Shown here: positions 17,881 to 28,313 of the stretch, piece by piece
Position numbering within the stretch: position 1 is the stretch's first letter
How the letters are laid out: every line of letters begins with the position of its first letter
Virus record (IMG/VR): IMGVR_UViG_3300036715_002708
Reading direction: 5' to 3' (one strand)
DNA length: 64,000 nt
DNA from: an uncultured virus (IMG/VR IMGVR_UViG_3300036715_002708)
Taxonomy: Duplodnaviria > Heunggongvirae > Uroviricota > Caudoviricetes
Notes under the pieces: generated by a model
Databases searched by the model: none
Seen by the model: only the letters and a program-made list of their open reading frames with translations
Told to the model about the DNA's origin: nothing
Made by a program: the position numbers and the translations under genes

Positions 17881-18228
17881 ATGGTAAAGCAGTTTACGGT
17901 AACGTTCAACGGTTCGCAATTAGTTGCAATGGGATTCAATTTCACTGATAACATGTCGGCGGCAGGTGGAGTCTATGAGTATCCACTCGCTCAGGGTTCT
18001 AAGACTGTTATCCGCATTTATCAGTCTGAACTCCCCATAACAATAGACACAATTCTGGAGAAAGTCTCTAATATATACAAAGACCTGGAGTACGATATCA
18101 GTAAACTGAAACAGGATTTTATGAGGTCGCAAGAAGAAAATGAAAAGCTTAACGACAAATTGGGCAATCTCACGGAGTTTATAGGTCAAGCAGTAGCTCA
18201 GCGGTTGTTTGTCTTAACAGAAAGATAA
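17881..18228 (+). CDS. hypothetical protein with a C-terminal coiled coil
   Basis: AGGAGG RBS. Confidence 0.75.
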   Translation: MVKQFTVTFNGSQLVAMGFNFTDNMSAAGGVYEYPLAQGSKTVIRIYQSELPITIDTILEKVSNIYKDLEYDISKLKQDFMRSQEENEKLNDKLGNLTEFIGQAVAQRLFVLTER

Positions 18229-18444
18229 AGTGGAGGAGGCAATGAAAGATTGTATTGATTTCCGCCCTATTTTCGCGCAGAAAGAACAAGAATTGCGAGA
18301 GAAACTGGTTAAGAAAATACGGGAGCTACAACCAGATTACATAGAGACTGCGGATACACCCATTGAGGATTTGCTTAGGCTACGAAAGAGGCTCGAATAC
18401 GGAAAGCGTAAAGGACACGTCACTCGTTAACATAGGAGGAAACA

Positions 18445-18822
18445 ATGCTTAAGCGATTGAAGGGTTGGTTTCAATTTACAGATGATAAGCGTTTTGTTAT
18501 TGGCGCAGTGCTCAGTTGTATCCCTTGGGGCTCGATAGTCTCACATGCCTACCACATCTCGACCACAGCTGAATGGTGGCTTTTGGGAATACAGGTATTC
18601 GGGCTTGTAGCTTTCCTGCTGCCTGAGGCCGTTGCACGTTTCTTGGGCCTTTTGAAACTCTTGAAGCTGGAGAAGCAGATGAAACAGCTAGAGCCCAAAC
18701 TTGATTATGCCCTTGAGCATGGTGGGATTGACTCGAACAGTGAACTATATCAACAGTTTGAACAATTAAAGGCTAAGTTTGCATCTCTTCAGGCTGGTAT
18801 GAGAGGAGAAAAAGATGTTTAA
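18445..18822 (+). CDS. putative membrane protein (two TM segments plus coiled coil)
   Basis: Two hydrophobic stretches; AGGAGG RBS. Confidence 0.7.
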   Translation: MLKRLKGWFQFTDDKRFVIGAVLSCIPWGSIVSHAYHISTTAEWWLLGIQVFGLVAFLLPEAVARFLGLLKLLKLEKQMKQLEPKLDYALEHGGIDSNSELYQQFEQLKAKFASLQAGMRGEKDV

Positions 18823-19258
18823 GAACTTTACACTAGCAACGCCGACACTGGAAGCAATGCGACAGTCAGATTACCTGTTTTACCTCACTGGTTCGTATTT
18901 CTTTGGAGGGGTGACTGAACATTCAGATATTGATTTCTTTGTCGAAATCCCGAATACTACCGAAGAACCCTTCTCGTCGTTTGTGAAGTTCCTAAGTCGA
19001 CATGATTTTATTCCTGACCCCAATAACTATAAGTATGCCGATAAGAGTATTCTCGCCATTTACCGAAGAGAGTTTAGGGAAGGTCTTGAGCCTCCTATTC
19101 ATATTCAAGTGGTCAAGGATGCCGCAATAAAGAACGTGGCTCAGGAGATTCTAAAGGCCCAAGGGATGATAAAACCAAGTGCAGAACTTTGGGAGAGGAC
19201 AATAGCATACTGTAGAAAAATGGCGGATAAGAAGGCTAAAGACGGAAAGGTTTGGTAG
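18815..19258 (+). CDS. minimal nucleotidyltransferase (Pol-beta superfamily)
   Basis: LTGSYFFGG..SDIDFFV (GS-x10-DxD motif). Confidence 0.75.
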   Translation: MFKNFTLATPTLEAMRQSDYLFYLTGSYFFGGVTEHSDIDFFVEIPNTTEEPFSSFVKFLSRHDFIPDPNNYKYADKSILAIYRREFREGLEPPIHIQVVKDAAIKNVAQEILKAQGMIKPSAELWERTIAYCRKMADKKAKDGKVW

Positions 19259-19501
19259 TTGAAGTGAGGCTAAAGACGTTACGTTTGACGCGGTACCTTG
19301 CCAAGAAGATAGCACAAGGGTTGTCTTGTTATTCTAATCATGGGTGGGTATATTTTTACGGTCTAATTTTCCCAGTTTATTTTACGCAGGATATTAACTG
19401 GGAAAATGACGGACGAGATATCTATTCTATTAGGATGGGAACACGTAAACCTTACTTTAGAGGCAGGGTTTGGCAGAATCCAAACAAACAAGGAGGTGAA
19501 T

Positions 19502-19948
19502 GTGACAAAGAGAAAGTCAACAGAGAAAACCCCAGAGTACAGTTACGTAATTAAAAGAGAGTCTAACGGGAGATATACTGGAAAAGTTCTTGAGCTGTCT
19601 GGTTGCTATACCGAAGGTCAAAGCGTAGCATCCGTGGCAGCTAAGTTGGATAGAGAAGTAGAAGATTGGCTGAACCACGCAAAACGAGAAGGTATTCCTA
19701 TTCCAAAACCAAAGGACAATATCGAACTACAGAAAGGAAATTGCACCATAAAATCGGACGTCGATATAACAGAACCGTTTTATCTGATTCTCTGTCCCAT
19801 CGATTATAATGTTGTTCTAAAGCAAACTTTGACGGAGGCAAATGAAGAAACAGAACGTCTGACTAGTTTAACTGGTAAGCCGCATATTCTCTTTGAGCCA
19901 AAGGGGATTTGTTCCATTACGAAGCACCCTGTTCGATGGACTTATTAG
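19502..19948 (+). CDS. HicB-like antitoxin domain protein
   Basis: YSYVIKRESNGRYTGKVLELSGCYTEGQS..DWL..GIPIPKP is the HicB N-terminal signature; GTG start after AAGGAGG. Confidence 0.8.
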   Translation: MTKRKSTEKTPEYSYVIKRESNGRYTGKVLELSGCYTEGQSVASVAAKLDREVEDWLNHAKREGIPIPKPKDNIELQKGNCTIKSDVDITEPFYLILCPIDYNVVLKQTLTEANEETERLTSLTGKPHILFEPKGICSITKHPVRWTY

Positions 19949-20462
19949 ATTGTGCTTTAGTAGCGACGTTGGGCATAGAATGATATTCCCTGGTTTGCAT
20001 TGGCCTGGACCTGAAGATGGTAAATTAGATAAAGCCAAGAAGACTAAAACAAGCTTCTTGTGCAAAATTGGCCGCCATAAATGGACGTATAGTGACAACG
20101 GCCTTGAACGCCGTTGTTTCAAATGTGGCAAATCACAAGTTTGGAGGACATGGGCTAGTCTTTTTGTAGGCTACCGAGATGGGGAATTGCCACCGAAACC
20201 GGAGCCTCCAGCAGTACAGAGGCAGAATCCTGATAGCTGAAGCCCATAAAGCGTTATAAATATTTGGGCGAATAACGTTAGCTATCTTTGATAACCTCAA
20301 GGAGGTGATGCCGAATGTAAAACTAATCAACATGACGCATGATACGGAATAAATGAAACCAGTTCACCTTTACTTTTAAAACTCGTTCCTATGCGCCCAG
20401 TATCTATAGCTTAGGGATACATGCGGCGCCCAAAAAACACTAAGCTACAATAGGAGTTTAAG

Positions 20463-20852
20463 TTGAACATTCTAACGCAAAAAGGTCTTGGGGTAACGTT
20501 TAGTGTAAAGTGCACCAAGAAGGCTCAGTTTGTTGATGGCGCCCCTGAGAAGTCTTCCAAGGGGCACTACATCCTCACAGCTAAGTCTGGAGGCAAGAGC
20601 TACTCCACTAACTGCATAGGAAGCAGGGAGCTGTTCTCTAAGGCATGGGCAATATTGCATACCCATTTCCCAAGCGCCTATGAGAAGGCAGTTGCCATGG
20701 CCAAGGCGCAGAAGGCAGAGAATCGTGCCAAGGTCAGGAAGCCTAAGAAGGCTGCTGTTGGGGGAGATGCAAAGGCTCTCATTAACCTTCTTTCCAGGCA
20801 GGGCAAAACCCTTAAGAAGGGCAATGGTAAGATTGTTGCCCTGTTTCTTTAA
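20463..20852 (+). CDS. basic Lys/Ala-rich protein, copy 3 of 3
   Basis: TTG start after AGGAG; paralog of 2253 and 2788. Confidence 0.9.
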   Translation: MNILTQKGLGVTFSVKCTKKAQFVDGAPEKSSKGHYILTAKSGGKSYSTNCIGSRELFSKAWAILHTHFPSAYEKAVAMAKAQKAENRAKVRKPKKAAVGGDAKALINLLSRQGKTLKKGNGKIVALFL

Positions 20853-20865
20853 ACCATAACCCAAA

Positions 20866-20899
20866 TGGGGGAGGGCGAAAGCCCTCCCCATTATTTTTT
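20866..20899 (+). terminator. intrinsic terminator
   Basis: GGGGAGGGC-GAAA-GCCCTCCCC followed by ATTATTTTTT. Confidence 0.75.
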
Positions 20900-21078
20900 A
20901 GTAAGGAGACAAATGAACATTAATAAAATACTGAGTAATTTTCAGGCCGGTGTTAGAGCGGCATTCTATAATGTTCATGGGGCTATGGGAGACCCTTTTG
21001 AAATGTTGATAACCGACTCAGAAGAGTATCCACCACACGAGAAGCTGTGGAAAGAGAGGAAGGGAATAGGAATCCTAA

Positions 21079-21342
21079 ATGGGAAAGAGTAAAGAACAAT
21101 CGAAACCTGAAGGCCAGAAAATAGTAATTTATTACGATCGAGATGAGTTTTTGATATGTGCCCTGGGCGACGAGAAGCAACTTAAGAAGCATTGGTTTCA
21201 GGGTCCAGATGGTGACCCAGATAGATGCTTGGAGGATTATAGTAGAGATGTAGTGAAACTTGGTACTGAGAACGTTTTGCATATCCGTACCCTACCTTAT
21301 CAACTTGATCATGGGGTTCACAAAATTACCGAGCCAGTATAA
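21079..21342 (+). CDS. hypothetical protein, tandem paralog a
   Basis: Similar to 21407 (IVIY..DE.LICAL.DE.QLK..WF.G). Confidence 0.8.
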   Translation: MGKSKEQSKPEGQKIVIYYDRDEFLICALGDEKQLKKHWFQGPDGDPDRCLEDYSRDVVKLGTENVLHIRTLPYQLDHGVHKITEPV

Positions 21343-21406
21343 ATCTCCTCAGTATCTAGAAGAGGCTTCGCACTTCAGTAGGCATTGCTAAAACTTGAGG
21401 TCCCAA

Positions 21407-21670
21407 ATGGAAGAGAGTAAAGAACAATCGAAATCTGAAGGCCACGAAATAGTAATTTACTCTAGCGGAGATGAGATTTTGATATGTGCCCTGAGTGACG
21501 AAGAGCAACTCAAGGGGCAGTGGTTTCGAGGCTCAGACAAGTACTCAGATAGGTTCTTGGAAGAATATACTAGAGACGTGGCAAAATTTGGTCCTGGGGA
21601 TGTTGTGCATATTCGCATCCCGCCTTGTGTACTTAACCATGGAGTTCGCAAAATAATCAATTCAGTATAA
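21407..21670 (+). CDS. hypothetical protein, tandem paralog b
   Basis: Similar to 21079. Confidence 0.8.
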   Translation: MEESKEQSKSEGHEIVIYSSGDEILICALSDEEQLKGQWFRGSDKYSDRFLEEYTRDVAKFGPGDVVHIRIPPCVLNHGVRKIINSV

Positions 21671-21756
21671 ATCTCAGTATCTAGAATCGGTGGGGCCAGA
21701 CTTTTACTGGTCCCCCGAATTGTAGATATTGGGAATAATTATGCAGGAGGAAGCAC

Positions 21757-22176
21757 ATGGATATATCACAGGCGGACATGTCAGAGCATAGGAAACGATT
21801 GAAGGATTTCATAAAAAACCCATGCACTCAAACGTTATATGCTTTTGCTAACACGCTCGTTGATAATGATTGTATATTGGGACGTCCAGAATGGCTACGT
21901 AGACCAGGATGGGTACGTCATAATTCGCAGTGGATAAACTCTGAAGAAGAAGGCACTTCCAGAATGTGCCCGCCTAAATGCAGTCAATTGGCAGAAGCAC
22001 GGCGCAAGCAATTTAAAGCTTATTACTCAGGATGCAAACGTTCGACTTTAAAAATGGCCTGGCACACTCATCCCTCAGAGTTGCTGCTCAGTCTTATAGA
22101 GTTTGATGCCTATTTAGACTCCGAAGAAAACAAATATGCTGTATGGCATTCACAGAGAAAGCCACAAGGAAAATAG
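21757..22176 (+). CDS. 4-Cys family protein (dispersed)
   Basis: FIKNPCTQTL..CIL..CPPKC..C..AW..LLSLIEFDAY. Confidence 0.85.
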   Translation: MDISQADMSEHRKRLKDFIKNPCTQTLYAFANTLVDNDCILGRPEWLRRPGWVRHNSQWINSEEEGTSRMCPPKCSQLAEARRKQFKAYYSGCKRSTLKMAWHTHPSELLLSLIEFDAYLDSEENKYAVWHSQRKPQGK

Positions 22177-22224
22177 GCATGAGAACACGACAACGTCCCA
22201 TAGCAAATCAGCTGTGGAGCTTCA

Positions 22225-22542
22225 ATGTCACCAGTAACAAATATTGAATTGGTACTCAAGGCAGCACGGCATCTCATCAAGCATCCCTATAGTAAAAAAG
22301 CAAGGATAATACTCGACCAAAACACAGGCAGAGGGATTTGTCCATATAGCTCACAGGATTGTTATTTGTGCCCGCTGAGAGACCCTTATGGCTACATAAT
22401 AAGCGATTACCTTCTTTGTTCTCTAGAGGCTTGGAGAGACATCAAACGAAACAAAAAAGTGGGAGAGTATGTTTTATATCTTATTCAATTCGTGTCATTT
22501 GTAGAAACCTATAAATCCAAAGGAGGCTTAGATGACCATTGA
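22225..22542 (+). CDS. 4-Cys family protein, subfamily B (dispersed)
   Basis: AARHLIKHP..C..CYLCPL..C..LYLIQF. Confidence 0.85.
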   Translation: MSPVTNIELVLKAARHLIKHPYSKKARIILDQNTGRGICPYSSQDCYLCPLRDPYGYIISDYLLCSLEAWRDIKRNKKVGEYVLYLIQFVSFVETYKSKGGLDDH

Positions 22543-22747
22543 TATTATCGGAGTTACGCCGGAAGGGCGATGTGAAAACTGTGGTTTGCTCACAAAGGTT
22601 GAGATTCGTTATTATGATTTAGATACTGAGCATAAGAACTTTATGTTTTGCTCAGTATGTCACGCTCGGCATGATTTTATCATTCGCCCCGCACAGTCTC
22701 CAAAGGAATTAAACAATCAATGTGATACGATTGCAGCCTCGGTATAA
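22532..22747 (+). CDS. small zinc-ribbon protein
   Basis: IIGVT..CENCG..CSVC; GGAGG RBS. Confidence 0.75.
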   Translation: MTIDIIGVTPEGRCENCGLLTKVEIRYYDLDTEHKNFMFCSVCHARHDFIIRPAQSPKELNNQCDTIAASV

Positions 22748-23311
22748 TAAAATTATGGAGGGCAAAATGGCAGCTTCGGCTTTGATGTATAGGTTCGTGA
22801 ATCCTGAAGGTAGCGAGTATTTGGTGATTGATTTGAGCAAACTTGGGGATGAGGAGTACAAGAGACCTGGCTATCGCCTCGATGGAGTGGTCCGTGTGGA
22901 AGGAGATGCTCTTATCCACCCCAAGGGCGCCTTCCCTGTGGATGTCGTGCTAACTCCTGAGATTTAAGATGCCAAACATAAAGTCCCATGCAGTAGAAAA
23001 CTTTAATACTGGCTTATCACTGCTTATGTCAGCTTCCGTAGAAATGCGAAGAGTGCTTGGAACACTTTTCGATATCGCAACGTATCAGGGTCAAGGGCTA
23101 AAAATGGCTCTTGAGAATGCTGATTTTAGCGAAGGTATGCAGTACAAAATAGATACTGTGCTATTGGAGTTAGAGAAGCACAAAAAAGATATTGAACGCT
23201 TAATGCATGTATTAGGCATCCCTAAAACAACGATTAAAAAAGATACTGGGAATAGGACTGGGATAAACGAGCGATAAACAAACGCACGAAGAGGAAAATA
23301 GGAGACATAAC

Positions 23312-23569
23312 ATGACTACGCTAATAATACTGGCTGTTATATGTTATCTTGCCATTGGTTATTTCACGGCCTGGCGCGCAGCATACTTGGATTCCGAAAC
23401 CGACCTGGTTTCAATGTTATTTATTGCGTGGCCTATATATTGGCTGCTATTTCTTTTAGCCCTAATATATTATCCGATAAAGGTTCAAGCTAATAGAGGG
23501 CGGAAGCGTGACGACGAGGAAGCCAGTCGAAGAAGGGAAAGGTGGAGAAAAGAGAATCATGAGTGGTAA
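23312..23569 (+). CDS. small membrane protein
   Basis: Two hydrophobic helices, AWP motif, basic tail. Confidence 0.7.
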   Translation: MTTLIILAVICYLAIGYFTAWRAAYLDSETDLVSMLFIAWPIYWLLFLLALIYYPIKVQANRGRKRDDEEASRRRERWRKENHEW

Positions 23570-23652
23570 ATAACAAACACCTATGATAGCAAGTTATTGA
23601 CTAGTAGGTGTTGATGTTCTCTACTTAGATTTCTTCATAGGAGACGGTTAAA

Positions 23653-24717
23653 ATGGCAACGCAATCAAAATTTTTGCAGGATTGTATCGCTGTTGCAAGC
23701 GGGTCTCATCATTCCCTAGCCTTAAAAAGAGATGGCACAGTGTGGGCTTGGGGAGAGAATCACTATGGTCAATTGGGTAATAGCCCTGTCCCTTTCCACA
23801 AATTTCCCATACAGGTTCCAATAACAGATGTTATAGATATTGCGGCAGGCTATCTCCATTCACTAGCTATTAGAAAAGATGGAACTGTATGGGCGTGGGG
23901 ACTGAATATTAGAGGTCAACTTGGTAATAAAGAAGCTAATGCCAAGTTCAGTCATATTCCAGTCCAAGTTATGATGTCTGATGGATGCCCACTGACTAAC
24001 GTTAAGGCCATTGCTGGAGGTGGGCTACATTCTATGGCCTTAAAGAATGATGGAACAGTATGTACTTGGGGAATGGACATTAGCAGTAAAAATAATACTG
24101 AAGATTATAAGCTAGTGCCCTTCCCAGACGGCACTGTTATTGTGAATATTGCTACAGGCGCAGTGCACTCTCTAGCTGTTGATAGTAATGGTATAGTTTG
24201 GGGATGGGGAGGACATGAGCATGGTCAACTTGGGATTGGAGCCGACTTATGTGAAAAATATCCAGCTCTTCAAATAGGATTCACAGACGCTATAGCTGTT
24301 GCGGTTGGTACCGTTCATTCTCTTATCTTAAAAAGAGATGGTACAGTTTGGACATGTGGAACTAATTATAGTGGCCTTGGAAACGGAGTTAATGTCGAAA
24401 GCAATATCCCAGTACAAGTCTCTCTCCCTAAAGGGATAATTATTACGGCTATTGCTGGAGGTGCCGATTATTCTATTGCCTTAGATAGCAATGGAGGAGT
24501 TTGGACTTGGGGATTGAATAAATATGGACAACTTGGAAACAGTGCTAACGTCAATAGTAACGTTCCAGTCCAAGTTTCATTTGCCGATAAGGCAGTTATC
24601 ACTAATATTTCTGCAGGAAGTTATCATTCCCTTGCCCTTAGAGATGATGGAACAGTATTGGCATGGGGAGGAAATTATGGCAATACCCCAATTCAGGTGG
24701 TCTGCTCTGAGACTTAA
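23653..24717 (+). CDS. RCC1/BLIP-II-type beta-propeller protein (7 repeats)
   Basis: Repeated [18 protein letters not shown]. Confidence 0.95.
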   Translation: MATQSKFLQDCIAVASGSHHSLALKRDGTVWAWGENHYGQLGNSPVPFHKFPIQVPITDVIDIAAGYLHSLAIRKDGTVWAWGLNIRGQLGNKEANAKFSHIPVQVMMSDGCPLTNVKAIAGGGLHSMALKNDGTVCTWGMDISSKNNTEDYKLVPFPDGTVIVNIATGAVHSLAVDSNGIVWGWGGHEHGQLGIGADLCEKYPALQIGFTDAIAVAVGTVHSLILKRDGTVWTCGTNYSGLGNGVNVESNIPVQVSLPKGIIITAIAGGADYSIALDSNGGVWTWGLNKYGQLGNSANVNSNVPVQVSFADKAVITNISAGSYHSLALRDDGTVLAWGGNYGNTPIQVVCSET

Positions 24718-24774
24718 ATATTAGGAGCCTTATTATAGTCGCAATAATTTGTCTATACTTGGTGAGAGGACCAA

Positions 24775-25407
24775 ATGGCACTACCATGGCTTCTTAGCTT
24801 ATTAGTACCTGGTTCCTCTAAGTCTGACTGGCACCGACACTCAAATGGTGGCGGCTGGGTATATAAAAACGCTAGAGTGGCTAGGACAGCGTTTGTTGGT
24901 AAAAATGCTGTGGTTTTTGGTGATGCTAAAATCTCTGGTAATGCTGAGATTTTTGGCAACGCTGAAGTTTCTGGCAATGCTAAAGTCTATGGTCATGCTA
25001 AAATATCTGGGAATGCTGAGATTTCTAGGAACGCTGAAGTTTCTGGCGATGCTAAAGTCTATGGTCACGCTGGAATCTCTGATAATGCGCGGGTCTATGG
25101 CAGTGCTAGGATTTCTGGCAGTGCTGTAATCTGTCACAATGCTCAAGTCTATAATAATGCTAGGGTTTATGGTGGTGCCCTGGTTTCTGGCTACGCTAAA
25201 ATCTTTGGTAACGCTAAAGTCTTTGACAGTGCTTGGATTTATGGTGATGCCGAGGTTTATGGCAACGCGATGATTTATGGCAATGCTGTGGCTTATGGTA
25301 ATGCTAAAGTCTTTGACCATGCTAAAGTTTCTGGAATTGCTAGGGTTTTTGACAGCGCTAAAGTTTCTGGCAAGACTGTGATTTCTGGTAAGAAAATTGT
25401 GAGGTAA
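24775..25407 (+). CDS. hexapeptide-repeat (left-handed beta-helix) protein
   Basis: About 30 GNA(K/E/R)(V/I)(Y/S/F) repeats. Confidence 0.9.
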   Translation: MALPWLLSLLVPGSSKSDWHRHSNGGGWVYKNARVARTAFVGKNAVVFGDAKISGNAEIFGNAEVSGNAKVYGHAKISGNAEISRNAEVSGDAKVYGHAGISDNARVYGSARISGSAVICHNAQVYNNARVYGGALVSGYAKIFGNAKVFDSAWIYGDAEVYGNAMIYGNAVAYGNAKVFDHAKVSGIARVFDSAKVSGKTVISGKKIVR

Positions 25408-25411
25408 AAAA

Positions 25412-25615
25412 ATGCTCGGAGTAGTTGGATACAAGACTAAAAAGGATCTCAAGGCGGCGGTTGGAAAACGGTTGCATTACGTAGAAACAAGCATGTTTGG
25501 TGAAGAGTATAAGAGCACGGGGTCTTTCTGTGTCGTTGGTCCAGACGCATACCGAGACAGAAAGTGGTATGCGACTGTCACTACGAAAGACGACGTTATC
25601 GTAAAAGTAACCTGA
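25412..25615 (+). CDS. phage hypothetical protein
   Basis: YKTKK.LK..ETSMFG.EY..VVGP..RKWYA pattern recalled from phage proteins. Confidence 0.7.
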   Translation: MLGVVGYKTKKDLKAAVGKRLHYVETSMFGEEYKSTGSFCVVGPDAYRDRKWYATVTTKDDVIVKVT

Positions 25616-25691
25616 TAGGGGATTAGGTCATGGTTAAGACTGCGGAGGCATCTACCAAGAAGACACATAGTTTAGCGACGAAGGGTTAAAT

Positions 25692-26084
25692 ATGAAGAAG
25701 CTACCAAAAAAACTGGTAATTAAGTTTTTAAAAGATAACGGCGCGTATCCAGAAGAATTGAGATACGCCCGTAGACACTGGCCAGAAAAAGTAGCTATTA
25801 CCCCGAACTTTTTAAAGGCTAGTGCCGCTGGTATTCACTCGTTCTATCCCAAAGCACTACCAAGCAGGCTCGAAGTGAGGCTGCGTTCCGCTTACGATAA
25901 AGCAAATAAAATATGGATTGAGAAGGGGCACAAAGCGAGTGCTTTGTATAGTAAACGCACGGCTGCCGCCTGCGCTGCCTATGAGGCTGAGATAGCATCT
26001 ATCGAGAAAGCATATACCTTAGAAAGAGACAAGGCTCTTTGTGCCGTGCTTCAAGACTTGCTAGGGAGGGAGGTGAAATTATGA
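25692..26084 (+). CDS. hypothetical protein
   Basis: 130-aa ORF in the + strand run. Confidence 0.65.
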   Translation: MKKLPKKLVIKFLKDNGAYPEELRYARRHWPEKVAITPNFLKASAAGIHSFYPKALPSRLEVRLRSAYDKANKIWIEKGHKASALYSKRTAAACAAYEAEIASIEKAYTLERDKALCAVLQDLLGREVKL

Positions 26085-26476
26085 TCACAATTACCGTATT
26101 GTTTTGGCTGGCTTCGGCTGGCGCAATGGTTTTCTTGATTACTTCTTTATGGTGTAAGGACAAACGCTGTGAGGCTAAGTTTAATGTCCTTACTCTTATT
26201 TGTGGGTTTTCAGCATTGGTGCTAGCGTTTGTTATCAACGCTACAGTTTATAGTTACCCCAAAAAGGCGATAGGGATTTATCAGAATCAAACGTCAAAGG
26301 TCTTTGCAGTCCAGTACGAACAATCCTACTGGACTCCTCTAGGAATGAAGACTGATGTAGTATTTGGCGATTGTTATGCTTCATATGAAGGAGCGCTAAA
26401 AGAGCTAGAGTCACAAGGAAAACCTATGCCAAAGTCTGAATGGGTTCCAGTAGCAGAAGGGACGAAGGGTAAGTGA
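26081..26476 (+). CDS. two-TM membrane protein, paralog a
   Basis: Shares GIYQN..SK.FAVQ..YWTP.G..FG..Y.SY..AL.ELE with 26503. Confidence 0.8.
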   Translation: MITITVLFWLASAGAMVFLITSLWCKDKRCEAKFNVLTLICGFSALVLAFVINATVYSYPKKAIGIYQNQTSKVFAVQYEQSYWTPLGMKTDVVFGDCYASYEGALKELESQGKPMPKSEWVPVAEGTKGK

Positions 26477-26502
26477 ACGAGAAATTGAAAATGAGGTTTT
26501 AA

Positions 26503-26901
26503 ATGTTAGGTATTATATTGTTTTGGATTGCAATAACTGGTGCGATAGTTTCCTCCGTGGTTTGTATAGTGAAAAGAACAAATCAGTATGAATATATTGC
26601 CGCCATATTTGCGATTTTGGCTACAATGTGCGCGATTACCTCTTTGGTTATATTTGATGAACACCATCCCTGGAGAGCAGTTGGGATTTATCAAAACTCT
26701 GTGTCTAAGCACTTTGCTGTCCAACATCAAAAGCAATACTGGACTCCAGTAGGTATCGTGACGGATAGCTTCTTTGGACATGAATACGTCTCTTACGCAG
26801 ATGCATTGGAGGAACTAGAGTTAGACAGACGTAGCGATAATGAACAAAAGCCAAATGGTAAATGGATTCCGATTATAGGAGACTCTAATGCAAGAGACTG
26901 A
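26503..26901 (+). CDS. two-TM membrane protein, paralog b
   Basis: Tandem paralog of 26081. Confidence 0.8.
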   Translation: MLGIILFWIAITGAIVSSVVCIVKRTNQYEYIAAIFAILATMCAITSLVIFDEHHPWRAVGIYQNSVSKHFAVQHQKQYWTPVGIVTDSFFGHEYVSYADALEELELDRRSDNEQKPNGKWIPIIGDSNARD

Positions 26902-27475
26902 ACGGATAGAAGCGTTAGAAAACAGCTTAAAAGAGCAAGTTGAATTACTCGCGAAAGAATGGGCAATTGCAGAAGGAGCCTCAAGAGCAGCAGACCAGAA
27001 AGCAAAAGAAAAATGGGACAATCTGAGTTCGTTGCAACTCCAATTGAGGCTAGCAACAACTATGCGTAAAATAGCAACTGGAGAATTGAAAGTTGATGCG
27101 GTGTCCCTTTCTGTTACACATGGGGCATCTGATAAGTGACGACGCGGCGATGCGGATGCAAGGCGTATGTGTACTGTAATTGAAAGACACTACGGAGATG
27201 CAATATGCTAGAATACATTGATGCTTGTGGACGGCATATATTGCTAGATTGGGAGAAATTTGACAGTTTTGGTGTAGCCAGACTAGTTGCACGGCAGTTG
27301 GAGAAAAAGTTTGGGAAGGACTGGAGAATCAAGAGTTACGTGGTGTGGAACAACTACCATGATGGTCGCACGCTGTACATCGTCCAATTTCGCTCCTCTG
27401 AGGACGGCGAATACGCCACACTCTGGAATGACGGACAGCTAAGGTAGCCAGTTACAAGATAAAAGAAGTACAACG

Positions 27476-27826
27476 ATGACTAAAAAGGAAAAAGAAGCAA
27501 TCAAAAGTCTAGAAGCGGCATTAGTTAAGTTAGAAAATATAACACAAGAAACCATTAAGCGTCTCGTTTCTGAAGAGGAGTATTTGAACTATTTTGAAAA
27601 ATGGTCCTATAAAAAGAAACGTCCAGCAACACTATTCGATTATTATAAAACAAGAATTATGGAAATCTCTACTAAGCTTGCTTATGCGTCGACGCTTATG
27701 AGAGCATTCCATGGATGGGTGTGTCCTAAATGCGGAAAGGTGAATGTGTTTTGGATGCAAACTTGTCCATGTCAAAGTCTACAACAGGAGGTTCCTCCGA
27801 GTAAGTGGGACACAGGATTAAAATAA
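27476..27826 (+). CDS. hypothetical protein with a C-terminal WxCPKCG..CPC zinc finger
   Basis: GWVCPKCGKVN..TCPC. Confidence 0.7.
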   Translation: MTKKEKEAIKSLEAALVKLENITQETIKRLVSEEEYLNYFEKWSYKKKRPATLFDYYKTRIMEISTKLAYASTLMRAFHGWVCPKCGKVNVFWMQTCPCQSLQQEVPPSKWDTGLK

Positions 27827-27868
27827 AATCGGCGCGAAACGCTGCTACGCAGCTTTAGTATTTAGAGC

Positions 27869-27904
27869 CGGCCACCCAGTATCTTATAATATACTGGGTT
27901 GCCG
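27869..27904. repeat. CAGTATC-family hairpin upstream of array 2
   Basis: CGGCCACCCAGTAT..ATACTGGGTTGCCG. Confidence 0.7.
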
Positions 27905-27936
27905 TAATGTAAATACTAAAGCGAAAGGAGTGCTAT

Positions 27937-28299
27937 ATGTTAGACCAATACAATAGTCCCAATGAATTAAAGGTCTATTCAATAAATAAATCCGCCAAAC
28001 AAGCCATAGAAAATTTTATTACTAATCCATGCGAGGAGACACTTAAGCCTCTACTACTAAATAAAGAGTGTCTACTTGAGTTTGTTGTTCCTGGCATCCG
28101 AATGGAAAGAGAAAAAAGTCAACTTAGAAGGTGCCCCTTTCAATGCGAACGATTAAGTCTTAAAAGATATATAGCGACTGGTCATTATTCTTGCATTCCG
28201 TCTTACGTACAGCTCGCATGGGAAGAATGCCCAGCGGCTCTCGTATTAACTCTTATCGAGTTTAATGCTTATATAGAATCTTGCTATCGGTCATCTTAG
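27937..28299 (+). CDS. 4-Cys family protein, array 2 member 1
   Basis: FITNPCEETL..CLL..CPFQC..C..AW..LIEFNAYIES. Confidence 0.9.
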   Translation: MLDQYNSPNELKVYSINKSAKQAIENFITNPCEETLKPLLLNKECLLEFVVPGIRMEREKSQLRRCPFQCERLSLKRYIATGHYSCIPSYVQLAWEECPAALVLTLIEFNAYIESCYRSS

Positions 28300-28313
28300 A
28301 CTGAGAGGGAGAT

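Noticed and set aside
20865..20911. Start of ORF 20865
   Set aside because: It lies inside the terminator hairpin; the RBS-supported start is the ATG at 20913
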